A stretch of DNA of 46,160 nt from Akkermansia muciniphila (GCA_945860685.1 CAMASJ010000003.1:1-46160); one strand, 5' to 3'; counted from the stretch's first letter, positions 10,250-20,454 are shown. Numbers and translations: made by a program. Notes: generated from the letters alone by a model not told the origin.

Positions 10250-10284
10250 TCCGACTGCTCGGGCGAAGGCCCGGTCCTATTCGG

Positions 10285-11505
10285 CTACTTGGCGTTGCCG
10301 GGAAGCGGCACCTGTCCGGGACGGCCGAGATAGTAGAGCAGGTCCCGGATTTGGGTTTCGCTCAATCCGGCGACCAGGCCTTCCGGCATCATGGAGATCT
10401 CCGAGCCGGTGATCTTCACCACCTCAGCCCTCGGCAGCGTCAGCACCTCGGTCGCGGTCTGCACCACCACGGAATTGGCATCCTGCGACCGGACCAGTCC
10501 GGTGAGAACCCGCTCATCCTTCAACTCCACGGTGGAGGCCCGGTACTCGTTTGGGATCACCGCATTCGGGAAGAGGATGTTCTGCAGGAGGTAGTCCAGG
10601 TCGCCGCGGTTGGCGCCCGTGATGTCAGGTCCGATCTGGCCCCCGAAATCGAACAGATGATGGCATTGGGCGCAAACCTGGTTGAAGACCACACGTCCCC
10701 GGGAGGCGTCGCCGGGCGTCGAACCACCGGCCCAATAGACCCGCTTCACCCGCTCGATCTCCGCGGTCATGTCGGGGCTGGTCTCCTTCACCACTCCCCA
10801 GATCTCCGTGAGATTCGCCGCCAACTTGTCGTCCTTCAGCGATCGCAGCTGACGGACGAGGTCCGCGGTCAGAGCCGTTCTGGGGACGATTCCGGAACGC
10901 ACGGCCTCCAGCAGGGGGCGGGCGTAGCTGGGTCGGGAGGCCAGCGCGTTCAGCACTTCCCGCTGCTCCACCGGGGGAATCCCAGAAAAGAGCTTCAGGA
11001 GTGTCTCCGGGGTTCCTGGGGCGTCGAATCCGGCCAAGCCGCGCACCGCCGCCACCCGGGTCGCGGAATCCGAGGCCAACTTCAAGAGAAGCCCCGCCAA
11101 AGAGGCGTCCCGGGTGCGGAGCAAGGCGGCCAAGGCGGCATTGCGGTCCGCCGGGGACGCGGCGGAGTCGGCGGCGGTGGCCCGCAAGGAATCGAGCGCG
11201 CGCCGGCTGCCAAACGCCACCCCCAGACTACGAACCAAGGCCAGCGACTCGGCATCTCCTCCTTGGCCAACCGCTTCCTCCAAAGCCTCCCATCCCTCCG
11301 GCGTCGCCAATCCAGTCCGGCCACGCACCGCCGCCTCCAAACCACGAAGCACATCGCACCGCACCTCTTTATCGTTTGCGGACAATGCCAACGAAACAAC
11401 CCGAGCGAGGCTGGTTTCCGCCGCCGAAACCTGGAGCGTCAGGGGCGAGGACAAGAGTCCGACAGAGAGCAGGAGTGCGAACGGTGCACGCAGCGTGGAA
11501 ATCAC
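10285..11505 (-). CDS. Exported HEAT-repeat protein with a PVC-type heme-binding c-type cytochrome domain
   Basis: Signal peptide; helical repeats; GDASRGRVVFNQVCAQCH (CxxCH), IGPDITG, NILFPNAVI, SMMPEGL..IRDLLYYL. Confidence 0.85.
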   Translation of the reverse strand: MISTLRAPFALLLSVGLLSSPLTLQVSAAETSLARVVSLALSANDKEVRCDVLRGLEAAVRGRTGLATPEGWEALEEAVGQGGDAESLALVRSLGVAFGSRRALDSLRATAADSAASPADRNAALAALLRTRDASLAGLLLKLASDSATRVAAVRGLAGFDAPGTPETLLKLFSGIPPVEQREVLNALASRPSYARPLLEAVRSGIVPRTALTADLVRQLRSLKDDKLAANLTEIWGVVKETSPDMTAEIERVKRVYWAGGSTPGDASRGRVVFNQVCAQCHHLFDFGGQIGPDITGANRGDLDYLLQNILFPNAVIPNEYRASTVELKDERVLTGLVRSQDANSVVVQTATEVLTLPRAEVVKITGSEISMMPEGLVAGLSETQIRDLLYYLGRPGQVPLPGNAK

Positions 11506-11510
11506 GCCTC

Positions 11511-11539
11511 AGCCTGACGCGGACCGCGCAGAGCATCAA
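11511..11539 (-). promoter_or_regulatory. Putative sigma70 promoter directly upstream of the cytochrome gene (leaderless)
   Basis: Minus strand TTGATG-N17-CAGGCT-N5-GTG. Confidence 0.5.
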
Positions 11540-11700
11540 GAGGCAGCGAGCCGGAATGCGGTCCGGGCGATCCGCTACCGGCTCCTGCCGAGGTAAAGTC
11601 ACTGGAAATAACTGTTTGCGCCCCCTCCGGAGGGTGTGGATAAGCTTTTGCCTTTGCTGAGCCGGAGAAATCCGGTCCGGCCGTAGTTGCGGCGTTGACG

Positions 11701-11982
11701 ATGATGAACCGCTTCCGAATGCACATCTGGTACTTCGGACGTGTCCAAGGGGTGGGTTTCCGGTACCAGACCCGAAATCTGGCAACCGGCTTCGAAGTCG
11801 CTGGAACGGTTCGGAACCTGCTGGATGGCAGGGTCGAACTCATCGCGGAAGGCAGTCGGGACGAACTGGAAGCGTTCAGAATTGCGATCCGGGAAAGCGG
11901 TCTGGGACCGATGATCCGCGACGAACAAGTTAACTGGTCTGCCGGCTCCGGAGGGTTCCGGGGATTCGAGATCGTGCAGTAG
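11701..11982 (+). CDS. acyP: Acylphosphatase
   Basis: GRVQGVGFR and GTVRNLLDGRVEL motifs; about 93 aa. Confidence 0.93.
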   Translation: MMNRFRMHIWYFGRVQGVGFRYQTRNLATGFEVAGTVRNLLDGRVELIAEGSRDELEAFRIAIRESGLGPMIRDEQVNWSAGSGGFRGFEIVQ

Positions 11983-11987
11983 ACAGA

Positions 11988-12710
11988 ATGAGGTACGCCA
12001 TCATAGCCGACATCCACGCGAATCTGGAAGGATTCCAACGGGTGCTTGCCGACATCAAGGAACAGAACTGCACCCATGTCGTGTGTCTGGGGGATGTCGT
12101 CGGCTACGGTGCCAACCCGAAGGAGTGCCTCGACATCGTCCGCGGGATGAACATCCCGACGGTCAAGGGCAACCACGACGAGTACATCGGCTTGGATGAG
12201 GATCCGGAAGGATTCAACGATGCCGCCGCCGAGGCCGTGGCTTGGAGCCGCTCGCAGTTGACTCCGGATGACCGCAAGTGGCTGCGCGACCTGAAGTATT
12301 TCCGCCTGGTGGCCAACTTCTCGATCGTCCATGCGACCCTCGATGGTCCCCAGCGCTGGGGTTACGTCTTCGAGAAGCTGGAGGCCGCGGCCAGCTTCAC
12401 CTATCAGAACACCCAGCTCTGCTTCTTCGGCCACACGCACGTCCCGGTTGCCTTCATTCGGGATACCGCAGTCCGTGGCGGCCAGTATTCCAAGCTCAAG
12501 ATCGAGCCGGGTCGTAAGTACTTCATCAACGTGGGCAGCGTCGGCCAACCTCGGGACAACGACCCCCGTGCGGCCTACGTCGTGTACGACATGCCGACCC
12601 AGACCGTCGAACTGCGGCGCCTGGACTATGACATCGCGACCGCCCAGAAGAAGATCATGCAGGCCGGTCTCCCCCAGCGCCTCGCCGATCGCCTCGCCAC
12701 GGGCAAGTAA
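11988..12710 (+). CDS. Calcineurin-like metallophosphoesterase (YfcE/MJ0912-like)
   Basis: DIHAN, LGDVVGYG, GNHD, FGHTH, NVGSVGQPRD. Confidence 0.92.
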   Translation: MRYAIIADIHANLEGFQRVLADIKEQNCTHVVCLGDVVGYGANPKECLDIVRGMNIPTVKGNHDEYIGLDEDPEGFNDAAAEAVAWSRSQLTPDDRKWLRDLKYFRLVANFSIVHATLDGPQRWGYVFEKLEAAASFTYQNTQLCFFGHTHVPVAFIRDTAVRGGQYSKLKIEPGRKYFINVGSVGQPRDNDPRAAYVVYDMPTQTVELRRLDYDIATAQKKIMQAGLPQRLADRLATGK

Positions 12711-12761
12711 AGCCCCAGCCCGCCCCCCCACGCTGGGTCCCAAACAAGCGGCTCGACGCCT

Positions 12762-13787
12762 GTGAAGGTCCTGGTCCTCAAGCCAAGCTCGCTCGGCGAC
12801 GTGATCCACGCCTTGCCGGTCCTACGGCACCTGCGGCGACATCATCCGGATGCCCGCGTCGACTGGTGGCTTCACAAGAATCTGGTACCCCTGCTGCAAG
12901 AGGATCCGGACATCCATCGGATCATCCCCTTCGACCGCAAAGCCTGGGGTCGCCCTCTCGGTTTCGCCCAAATCCTCCGCGAGGTGTCCGGACTCCGGTC
13001 CGAACGGTATGACCTCGTCCTCGACCTCCAGGGACTCGCCCGATCGGCCCTGGTGGGTCGCGCCTGCGGTGCACGTCGGTTTGTCGGCGTCGGGGACTGG
13101 CGGGAATTCGCCCCCTTGTTCCATGGTGAGTCGGTTTCCCGCCCCTCGTCGTCCACCCACGCCGTGGACTGGTATCTCACGGTGGCCCAGCATCTCAGGT
13201 GGGACATCCACCAACCGTTCGAATGGCTGCCACCTCGCCCTGCCGGCGTCGCCGAGATCCAGCGGCTATTCCCGCAACTTTCTGAAGGAGACTGGATCAG
13301 CCTCCAGCCGGGCGCCCGTTGGGAAAACAAGCGTTGGCCCATCGAGAGTTGGAGCCGATTGGCCAAAGACCTCCAGGAACGGCTGCCTTCGGTGCGGATT
13401 GCCATCTTTGGAGGCCCGGATGAAACGGCGCTGGGAGAGGCGATCGTGCGCGCCGATGGAACGGGTCGGATCCTCGACCTCACCGGACGCCTGAGCTTGC
13501 CCGGGATGATCGAAGGACTTCGGCGCGTCCGACTGTTGGTCACCAATGACACCGGCCCGATGCATGTGGCAGTCGCCTTGGGCCGACCTGTGGTTGCCCT
13601 CTTCGGGCCAACAGCCCCGGAACGCACCGGCCCTTACGGCCAGTCATCCAACGTCCTCCGCGTCCGCGCCCTTCCCTGCGCTCCCTGCATGAGCGATCGC
13701 TGCCGGATCTCCGAGAAGCTCGCCTGCCTGAAAAGAATCGGCCCGTCAGACGTTCTGGAAGCAGTGGTGGCCAGGATGGAAGCCTAG
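12762..13787 (+). CDS. GT9 LPS heptosyltransferase (WaaC/WaaF-like)
   Basis: KPSSLGDVIH, YDLVLDLQGLARS, PGARWENKRWP, NDTGPMHVAVALG..ALFGPT. Confidence 0.9.
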   Translation: MKVLVLKPSSLGDVIHALPVLRHLRRHHPDARVDWWLHKNLVPLLQEDPDIHRIIPFDRKAWGRPLGFAQILREVSGLRSERYDLVLDLQGLARSALVGRACGARRFVGVGDWREFAPLFHGESVSRPSSSTHAVDWYLTVAQHLRWDIHQPFEWLPPRPAGVAEIQRLFPQLSEGDWISLQPGARWENKRWPIESWSRLAKDLQERLPSVRIAIFGGPDETALGEAIVRADGTGRILDLTGRLSLPGMIEGLRRVRLLVTNDTGPMHVAVALGRPVVALFGPTAPERTGPYGQSSNVLRVRALPCAPCMSDRCRISEKLACLKRIGPSDVLEAVVARMEA

Positions 13788-13835
13788 GAATCGGCAAGTT
13801 GCACCAACTTGGCCACGGCTATATCTGGACACCGG

Positions 13836-15095
13836 TCAGCGATCCTCCTTCATGGCCTTCCTGGCGGCCTTGGCCCTGGACTTCAGCAGGTCCACGACCG
13901 GATCCGCGAGCTTGAGGCCGAGCTCGGTCGCGGCCGCCCGAGCCGCGTCCGGTCCGTACTCGCGGAAGCGCTTCATGGAATGCGCGGCCACCCTCCATTC
14001 ACGGGCGCCCTCCCGGGACCTGGCCAACCAGACGAACCCGCCTTCTTCATCGGGCCAACCGTCCCCAATGGAACTCCAGAGCCGAACCTGAGCGCCCTCC
14101 CCAATCTGTTGCGCCAGCGGACTGAGCTGTCCCGCGTTCAGAGGCAGTTGGACCAACTCGCACGGCAACGGTCCGTCCCGGAGTCCGGATACACCTGCGG
14201 AGATGAAATCCGGGACCACTTCCAACAACAGCGCGATGGCGTTGCCTTTCCCGGCCAGCGTCCCGTCGAAACGCACGGCGTCCAGGTAGTTGGTCTCGAA
14301 CCCGGATCCTGTCCCCGGAAGGGTGACCAACAGGGGCCGACCCGGCCACGGAACCGCTGCCCAACCCGACTTACCGGGCGTTCTAGCCGTGATCTGGGGA
14401 AAAACCGCGGGATCACTGCGAATCTTCCGACGAACCAGCTTCTCCGCATCCTCCAGCGACACCACATGATGGACCTCGCCGGTAATCGGCGAGGTCGGCA
14501 CAGCCCGGCTTTGGCTCGGAGCGCCGAAGAAGCGGTCCACCGATGGCCGCGCCTTCCCGCCGGCCAGCGCGATGCAGTGGTTCACCGCCCGGACCACGGA
14601 TTGGGCCAACTCCTCCGAATCCACGGCAAACCAACCGTAGGGACGGTTCGCGGCGCCGAGATCCTCATTGCCGGCGCGCCACTCGCGGACACCGGCCCCC
14701 TTGCCGACGTCGGCCAGCCAAACCGCGTAGGCCATGCGGTCGCCGATGAAGGTGATCCGTACATGGGTGGCTTCAGGGTCGAGCTCGGCGAGCGAAAACT
14801 CGGTGGCACCACGGATCTCCGGCCCGCCCGGCGTGCCGTCGGAGAGGATCCTGCGGACACGGAACCGGCGCCCCAAAACCTCGGTCAGCTTCTGCTGAAC
14901 GCGGCCGCCACCGGCGAGGTTCCGGAAGTCGCCATGCTCGTCGAGGGAACGTCGGATGAAGTCCAGGGTGTCGACGAAGGTCGGCGACTCCTGTGCGGAC
15001 AGGGACATCGATCCGGCGAGCAACAGCGCCGCAATCAGGGAGAAGAAACGGAACACCCCCGGCGACGGGAGGCACCGGGGGTGGCGGGCTGTCAT
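13836..15095 (-). CDS. Hypothetical secreted protein
   Basis: 419-aa ORF with a signal-like segment (FSLIAALLLAGSMSLSA-QE). It fills the gap, and I recognise no family. Start uncertain. Confidence 0.65.
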   Translation of the reverse strand: MTARHPRCLPSPGVFRFFSLIAALLLAGSMSLSAQESPTFVDTLDFIRRSLDEHGDFRNLAGGGRVQQKLTEVLGRRFRVRRILSDGTPGGPEIRGATEFSLAELDPEATHVRITFIGDRMAYAVWLADVGKGAGVREWRAGNEDLGAANRPYGWFAVDSEELAQSVVRAVNHCIALAGGKARPSVDRFFGAPSQSRAVPTSPITGEVHHVVSLEDAEKLVRRKIRSDPAVFPQITARTPGKSGWAAVPWPGRPLLVTLPGTGSGFETNYLDAVRFDGTLAGKGNAIALLLEVVPDFISAGVSGLRDGPLPCELVQLPLNAGQLSPLAQQIGEGAQVRLWSSIGDGWPDEEGGFVWLARSREGAREWRVAAHSMKRFREYGPDAARAAATELGLKLADPVVDLLKSRAKAARKAMKEDR

Positions 15096-15122
15096 GGATG
15101 GTGGAAACCGATGGTACCGGCC

Positions 15123-15467
15123 TCAGCGCTTGAAGGTCATCGGAGCCGCCTGCGCCTGGGGCATCTCATGGGCACACGGCTGATTGATGGGAACCTCGGG
15201 GACAACTCCGTTCTCCGAGACCACCCCGTTCTGGAGCATCCACGCCTCGACTTCCTCGCCGCTGACATCCGCCAACAAACGGCCGTTGATCTCGACCGTG
15301 GGCTGCTTCGTCTGGCCGGTCTTGCGGACCATCTCATCGAAGTTCTCGGGGACGTTGATGATGTCCTTCTCCTCGAAGGCGAGATCGTACTTCTTGAAAA
15401 CGGCGCGGACGCCCGCGCTCCAGCCACACCAGGGCTTCAGGTAGGCAGTGATGGTCGGTTTGGACAT
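15123..15467 (-). CDS. Glutaredoxin-like protein (CGWS monothiol motif)
   Basis: MSKPTITAYLKPWCGWS..FEEKDII..TGQTKQPTVEING thioredoxin fold. Confidence 0.88.
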   Translation of the reverse strand: MSKPTITAYLKPWCGWSAGVRAVFKKYDLAFEEKDIINVPENFDEMVRKTGQTKQPTVEINGRLLADVSGEEVEAWMLQNGVVSENGVVPEVPINQPCAHEMPQAQAAPMTFKR

Positions 15468-15582
15468 AGGATGAAAAAGTTCGATGGATTCTGGCAGTGG
15501 CCAGCCTCGGCGCAACCGGTGAAATGCCGGCCGAAGGCGATGGTTGCAAGGAAACCGCTCAAGACCTCAAGAACCGCCGGCT

Positions 15583-17112
15583 TCAGCGGACTCCTGCCGC
15601 CTTGCGGACTGCGGAGACGAGTCCGGGGATGTTGTGCTCCCGGGCTTCCACGTCGGGCGCGATCCCAAGGGCCTTCAATGCCTTGCTGGTCTCGGGCCCG
15701 ATGCTCGCCGTTTTCAGTCCCGGAAACCGACGCCGCAGCTCCGTCAGGTCGAACCGGCCGTGGAAGTTCTCGACCGTCGAGGCGCTGGTGAACGTGACCC
15801 AGTCGGCACCGGATTCGGCGAGGGACGCCGCGGAACCGTTGAGGTCTTCGGTCTCGGGAATGGTCCGGTAACAGGCGATGGCGTCCACGATGCCGCCCTT
15901 CTCCTCCAGCATCCGGGGCAACTCCGGCGTCGCCACTTCGGCCCGCACGATCAGGAATCGGAGATTCTCGATCGTCTCCACGGCGCCGATGGCCGCAGCC
16001 ACCTTGGACGCCACGTATTCCGACGGCATCGCATCCACGTTCAGGTGGAATTCCGCGACCTTCGCCGCGGTTGCCGGCCCGACGGCCGCGATCCGGACGT
16101 TGCCGATGTCCCGCACGTCCTTGAAGGCCTTGAAGAAGTAGTCGAAGAAAGTCACCACGCCGTTTGGACTCGTGAAGACCAGCCAGTCGTACTCGCCGAT
16201 ACCGGAGATGCACTCGACCAAGGGATCCATGTCCACCGGCGGAGCAATGCGGATGGTCGGGATCTCGAGCACCTCGGCTCCGAGTTCACGGAATTGGACG
16301 GAGACCTGCGACGCCTGCTCACGGGTCCGGGTCACCACCACCCGACGCCCATGTAGGGTTCGCGTCTCGAACCAGTTGAGACGCTTCCGCTCCGACACCA
16401 CGTCGCCGATCACGGTGATCGCCGGAGTGGTGATCCCGGCCTTGCGGGCGGCCTCGCCGATCGTTCCGAGCGTGGCGGAGACCGACTTCTGTCGGCCGGT
16501 CGTGCCCCATTGGATCATGGCGGCCGGGGTCTTCGCCGACGCGCCGCCTTCGACCAGGCGCCGGGCGATTTCGTCGATACGTTCGACGCCCATGAGGACC
16601 ACCTTGGTCCCGGGCATGCGCGCCAACAGCCCGAGGTCCACCGCGGAATCCGGCTTGGTCGGATCCTCGTGTCCGGTCAGCACGGTGAAGCTGGAACAGT
16701 GGTCGCGGTGGGTGAGCGGGATGCCCGCGTAGTTCAACGCCGCGGTCACCGACGAGACTCCTGGCACGACCTCGAAGGCCACTCCGGCGTCCGCCAGCTC
16801 GAGCGCCTCCTCCCCTCCCCGGCCGAAGACGTACGGATCGCCGCCCTTGAGTCGGACCACCGTGGCCCCGGCCTTCGCCTTCTCGACCAGCAGCTTGTTC
16901 AGTTCCTCCTGGGGAATGGCGTGTGCGGCGGCACGCTTGCCGCCGAAGATCCGTTCCGCCGTGGACGGCGCCAGCGCCAGCAGCGCTGGATTGACCAAGG
17001 CGTCATAGACCACCACGTCGGCGGTGCCGAGCACCTCGGCACCCCGAACCGTGATCAGTCCGGCATCACCGGGTCCGGCACCCACCAGAAACACTTTCCC
17101 CTGTCGCTTCAT
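15583..17112 (-). CDS. cobA: Bifunctional uroporphyrinogen-III C-methyltransferase / uroporphyrinogen-III synthase (CobA-HemD fusion)
   Basis: VFLVGAGPGD, VVRLKGGDPYVFGRGGEE, VPGVSS; HemD half VVVTRTREQA, YDWLVFTSPNGV, AVGPATA, FTSASTV, SIGPETS. Confidence 0.95.
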   Translation of the reverse strand: MKRQGKVFLVGAGPGDAGLITVRGAEVLGTADVVVYDALVNPALLALAPSTAERIFGGKRAAAHAIPQEELNKLLVEKAKAGATVVRLKGGDPYVFGRGGEEALELADAGVAFEVVPGVSSVTAALNYAGIPLTHRDHCSSFTVLTGHEDPTKPDSAVDLGLLARMPGTKVVLMGVERIDEIARRLVEGGASAKTPAAMIQWGTTGRQKSVSATLGTIGEAARKAGITTPAITVIGDVVSERKRLNWFETRTLHGRRVVVTRTREQASQVSVQFRELGAEVLEIPTIRIAPPVDMDPLVECISGIGEYDWLVFTSPNGVVTFFDYFFKAFKDVRDIGNVRIAAVGPATAAKVAEFHLNVDAMPSEYVASKVAAAIGAVETIENLRFLIVRAEVATPELPRMLEEKGGIVDAIACYRTIPETEDLNGSAASLAESGADWVTFTSASTVENFHGRFDLTELRRRFPGLKTASIGPETSKALKALGIAPDVEAREHNIPGLVSAVRKAAGVR

Positions 17113-17121
17113 GAGGCGCGG

Positions 17122-17150
17122 AAGGTAGGCGGCGACGGCGGCCACACCAA
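17122..17150 (-). promoter_or_regulatory. Putative sigma70 promoter of cobA-hemD (leaderless or very short leader)
   Basis: Minus strand TTGGTG-N17-TACCTT-N9-ATG. Confidence 0.45.
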
Positions 17151-17233
17151 GCCCCTTTGAACAGGCCGGCCAACGGCGGTTCCCGCCGTCCTGCATCAGG
17201 GATCCACCCGATGTGGAACACCCTATCCCGGGC

Positions 17234-17261
17234 TCAAGGACAACCGTGTCTGGACCGATAG
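17234..17261 (+). promoter_or_regulatory. Putative sigma28 (FliA)-like promoter of the MCP gene
   Basis: TCAAG-N16-CCGATAG just upstream of ATG 17270; resembles the sigma28 TAAA/TCAAG..GCCGATAA consensus. Confidence 0.4.
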
Positions 17262-17269
17262 GGCGTTGG

Positions 17270-19402
17270 ATGAATCGACTCGGACTCGGTCTGCGGATGA
17301 ATCTCGCCATCGGCGGGATATTGCTTGTCGCCATCACCGCCATCGTCGGTGTCGAGGCCCGGAAGGCATCCCACTCGGCAACCGAGAACGCCTATCGGGA
17401 TGCCGGTCAATTCGCGCAGCGGCATGCGCTCGAAGCCGGGCGCCATCTCAATGAGGCCCTGCTCGCCGCCCGCACCGTTTCGCAAGCCTTGGAGGGGATG
17501 AAGACGGCCTGGGTGGACGATCGATCCCTCTACAGCTCCATCTTGAAGCAGGTCTTGACCGCCAACACAAATTTCCTGGCCGTGTGGTCCGGTTGGCAGC
17601 CGGACGCGCTGGACGGAAAGGACAAGGATTTCGCGGACAAGCCGGGACACGATTCGACGGGCCGTTTCGTTCCGCTCTGGTTCCGTGTCGGGGCCGAAGC
17701 CACGAACTCGGTCCTTCCGGACCATCAGGTCGCCGGCAAAGGTGACTACCTGCTGAACGCTCTGAAGCACGGTCGCGAGCACGTCTCGGAGCCCTTCCGG
17801 ATCCGCCTTGGCCACCGCGATCACGACGTGGTTTCGCTGGCGGTTCCGATCCGTACAGGTGGAGAGGTGGTCGGTGCCGCTGGCATCCTTCTTCCGCTGT
17901 CGACCTTCCAAACACTGGCGCTCGACGAGGAAACCAGTTCCGAAGGCCAACTCGGCATCGCGACCTTCTCCGGGACCCTGGTGGCCGACTCCGCGTCCAC
18001 AGAATTCGGAAAGCGGATTCCTGCCGAATCGCTGTCCAGGCTCCTTGACGACATCCCCGCAGGACGCCTGCACCCGGAGACCGGAGTCGACCCGGCCACT
18101 GGAGCCGACCTCCACCGGGTCTACGCCCCGATCCGGATCGGTGAGACGGGCACGCCGTGGATCGCCGAGGCGCGCTTTCCGTTGGACCGGATCCGGCAGT
18201 CCGGAACCGACGCCCTCCTGCGGGGACTCCTGATCGGCTTGGCGGCCCTCGTCGCCACCCTGGGCGTGGTGTACGCGTTGGCCCGTTCGATCGCGCGTCC
18301 ACTAGACCGGGTGACCCTCGAGCTCGGTTCGACGGTGGAGACCCTCGACACCGCGACGGCGGAGCTCAAGGAGGCCAGCCGGGCTATCGCCGACGGCGCT
18401 TCAAGCCAAGCTGCGTCGTTCGAGGAAACGGCGGCCGCCTTGGAGGAGATGGCCAGCATGACCCGTCGCAACTCGGAACATGCGGGCAGCGCAAAGGCTC
18501 TCGCCGGGCAGGCCCGTGCGGCGGTTGACTCGGGGGCGGGCGACATGGCCCAGATGTCCCAGGCCATGCAGGAGATCAAGGCCGCGGGCGACAGCATCAC
18601 ACGGATCATCCGGACCATCGACGAGATCGCCTTCCAGACCAACATCCTCGCCCTCAATGCGGCCGTCGAGGCCGCCCGGGCCGGGGAACAGGGACTCGGC
18701 TTCGCCGTGGTCGCCGAGGAGGTTCGCAGCCTGGCGCAACGCAGCGCCGCGGCGGCCAAGGAGACGTCGGCCAAGATCGGCGACGCCATCGCGAAGTCGG
18801 AACGGGGCGTGTCCCTGAGCAACCGGGTCGCCGCAGGACTCCAAGACATTCTGGAGAAGGTCCGCCAAGTCGACGAACTGGTGGCCCAGATCGCCGCGGC
18901 TTCGAAGGAGCAAAGCGAAGGCATCTCCCAGATCAACCAGTCGGTGGGACGGATGGAGCGGATCACCCAGGACAACGCCGCCACCACCGAGGAGACGACC
19001 CAATCCATCGGCCACCTCACCGAACAGACGCAGGCTCTGAAGGACGCCGTCCGGAGCCTCGGGCAACTCGTCCAGGGAGCCGGCAGGATGTCACCTGCAA
19101 GGCAACCCGAACCTTCCACGGTAAAATCGCAGCCGGCACAGCCCCAATCGATGGGAGCTACCGCCGACTTTTCGGCGGCAACCGGGAAGGAACACGTGAT
19201 CCTCCGGAACCCGAGCGCGACGTGGGGCGCGGGAACCGGCAACAGGAGTCCGATCGTCGCCAACACACGGACCGCCGCGGTCGATCCCGATGTCGCGTTC
19301 CCGATGCCGCCACCGGATAGCGTTCCCGCGAAATTCAACCGAAAGGAGGACACGAAGGGATCGGTTGGCACATCGAACGTGGAACTGTTCCACGACTTCT
19401 GA
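17270..19402 (+). CDS. Methyl-accepting chemotaxis protein with a periplasmic dCache-like sensor
   Basis: Two TM helices flank a sensor (GRFVPLW, SEPF). Signalling hairpin [43 protein letters not shown]; C-terminal LFHDF. Start uncertain (17213-17297). Confidence 0.93.
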   Translation: MNRLGLGLRMNLAIGGILLVAITAIVGVEARKASHSATENAYRDAGQFAQRHALEAGRHLNEALLAARTVSQALEGMKTAWVDDRSLYSSILKQVLTANTNFLAVWSGWQPDALDGKDKDFADKPGHDSTGRFVPLWFRVGAEATNSVLPDHQVAGKGDYLLNALKHGREHVSEPFRIRLGHRDHDVVSLAVPIRTGGEVVGAAGILLPLSTFQTLALDEETSSEGQLGIATFSGTLVADSASTEFGKRIPAESLSRLLDDIPAGRLHPETGVDPATGADLHRVYAPIRIGETGTPWIAEARFPLDRIRQSGTDALLRGLLIGLAALVATLGVVYALARSIARPLDRVTLELGSTVETLDTATAELKEASRAIADGASSQAASFEETAAALEEMASMTRRNSEHAGSAKALAGQARAAVDSGAGDMAQMSQAMQEIKAAGDSITRIIRTIDEIAFQTNILALNAAVEAARAGEQGLGFAVVAEEVRSLAQRSAAAAKETSAKIGDAIAKSERGVSLSNRVAAGLQDILEKVRQVDELVAQIAAASKEQSEGISQINQSVGRMERITQDNAATTEETTQSIGHLTEQTQALKDAVRSLGQLVQGAGRMSPARQPEPSTVKSQPAQPQSMGATADFSAATGKEHVILRNPSATWGAGTGNRSPIVANTRTAAVDPDVAFPMPPPDSVPAKFNRKEDTKGSVGTSNVELFHDF

Positions 19403-19513
19403 CACTCCCCCTGAACGGGGGGTCCGGCCCGCCACCCGGGACCGGCAGGCAAAGGCCCAAAACTCCCTACTTCACGCAATCAGAAGCCTCTTCCGCACGA
19501 CCATGGCGGAATC

Positions 19514-20404
19514 TCAAACCTCCCCGACCAGCTTCACCAACCGACGGCCGTATTCGACGTAGTTTGTCCGCAGGGCTTCGTCTTGCGCGCCGGCGTTGGC
19601 CTGGACGTCGTGGAACACCGCGACCATGTGGGGTTCGATGCTCAACGCACCCGTGTATCCCCTCGCCTTCGCGTCCGCGAGGATCCGACGGACCGCACCG
19701 TCGCCGTCGCCCGGCCAGTGGTAGTCGGCATCGTCCCGCGCCGTATTCCAGCGGGCGTCCTTGATGTGGATGTGCACGCTCCGGTCGCGGACTTGGGTCC
19801 AGAACTCCCAGGGATCCTGACGGGGCATCGGTTCCGGGCGGGTACGGTCCAGGTTGAAGACGGGATTGGCGGTGTCGAAGACCCAAGCGAGGCCGGGCAC
19901 CTCGTCGAGTAGGCGTTGGGCGTGCCTCCAACTCATCCCGCCGTAGTTCATGCAGTTCTCGTGGACCGGTTGGAGTCCGGCGTCGAGGAAGCGGCGGGTC
20001 ACCTCACGCAGACGGCGGAAACGTTCTGCCTCCATCTGATCCTCATCGTCCCGCACCTTGTAGCTCATGATGCGGACGAAACGGGTTCCAAGCCGCTGCA
20101 TGCGCGGGATGCACCGATCCACCTCGGCCAGGGTGATCTCGAACGGGTCCTCGATCCGTTTCGCCCAGTTGCCGATCGTCGAGGCGAAGCAGTAAACGGA
20201 GAGGCCGGCTTCCTCCAGCATCCCGACCGCGGTGTCGAAGGCCGCGTCCGTCAGGTCGTGGAGATTCGCCTTGGGATGCCCGGGGACCGTCACGTTCCGG
20301 GCCTCGATGTGGCGCCAACCCAGTTCGCGGGTGGCTTCGATCTGGGAGGCCAGCGACTGGCCGGCCTCGTCGCCGATGCCGCAATAGAGGGTGGGAAAGG
20401 ACAT
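19514..20404 (-). CDS. Sugar phosphate isomerase/epimerase (xylose isomerase-like TIM barrel)
   Basis: GIGDEAG, VHENC, FDTANP, HIHIKDA, SIEPH metal ligands. Confidence 0.88.
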   Translation of the reverse strand: MSFPTLYCGIGDEAGQSLASQIEATRELGWRHIEARNVTVPGHPKANLHDLTDAAFDTAVGMLEEAGLSVYCFASTIGNWAKRIEDPFEITLAEVDRCIPRMQRLGTRFVRIMSYKVRDDEDQMEAERFRRLREVTRRFLDAGLQPVHENCMNYGGMSWRHAQRLLDEVPGLAWVFDTANPVFNLDRTRPEPMPRQDPWEFWTQVRDRSVHIHIKDARWNTARDDADYHWPGDGDGAVRRILADAKARGYTGALSIEPHMVAVFHDVQANAGAQDEALRTNYVEYGRRLVKLVGEV

Positions 20405-20454
20405 GGGGCAAACTGTTGGGAAAGGAGGTTTTCGAACCGTCGCCGCAAATGACG

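Noticed and set aside
7980-11643. Replication origin suggested by DnaA-box matches (7980 TTTTCCACA, 11635)
   Set aside because: The boxes are isolated and 3.6 kb apart, with no cluster, DUE or dnaA/dnaN context.
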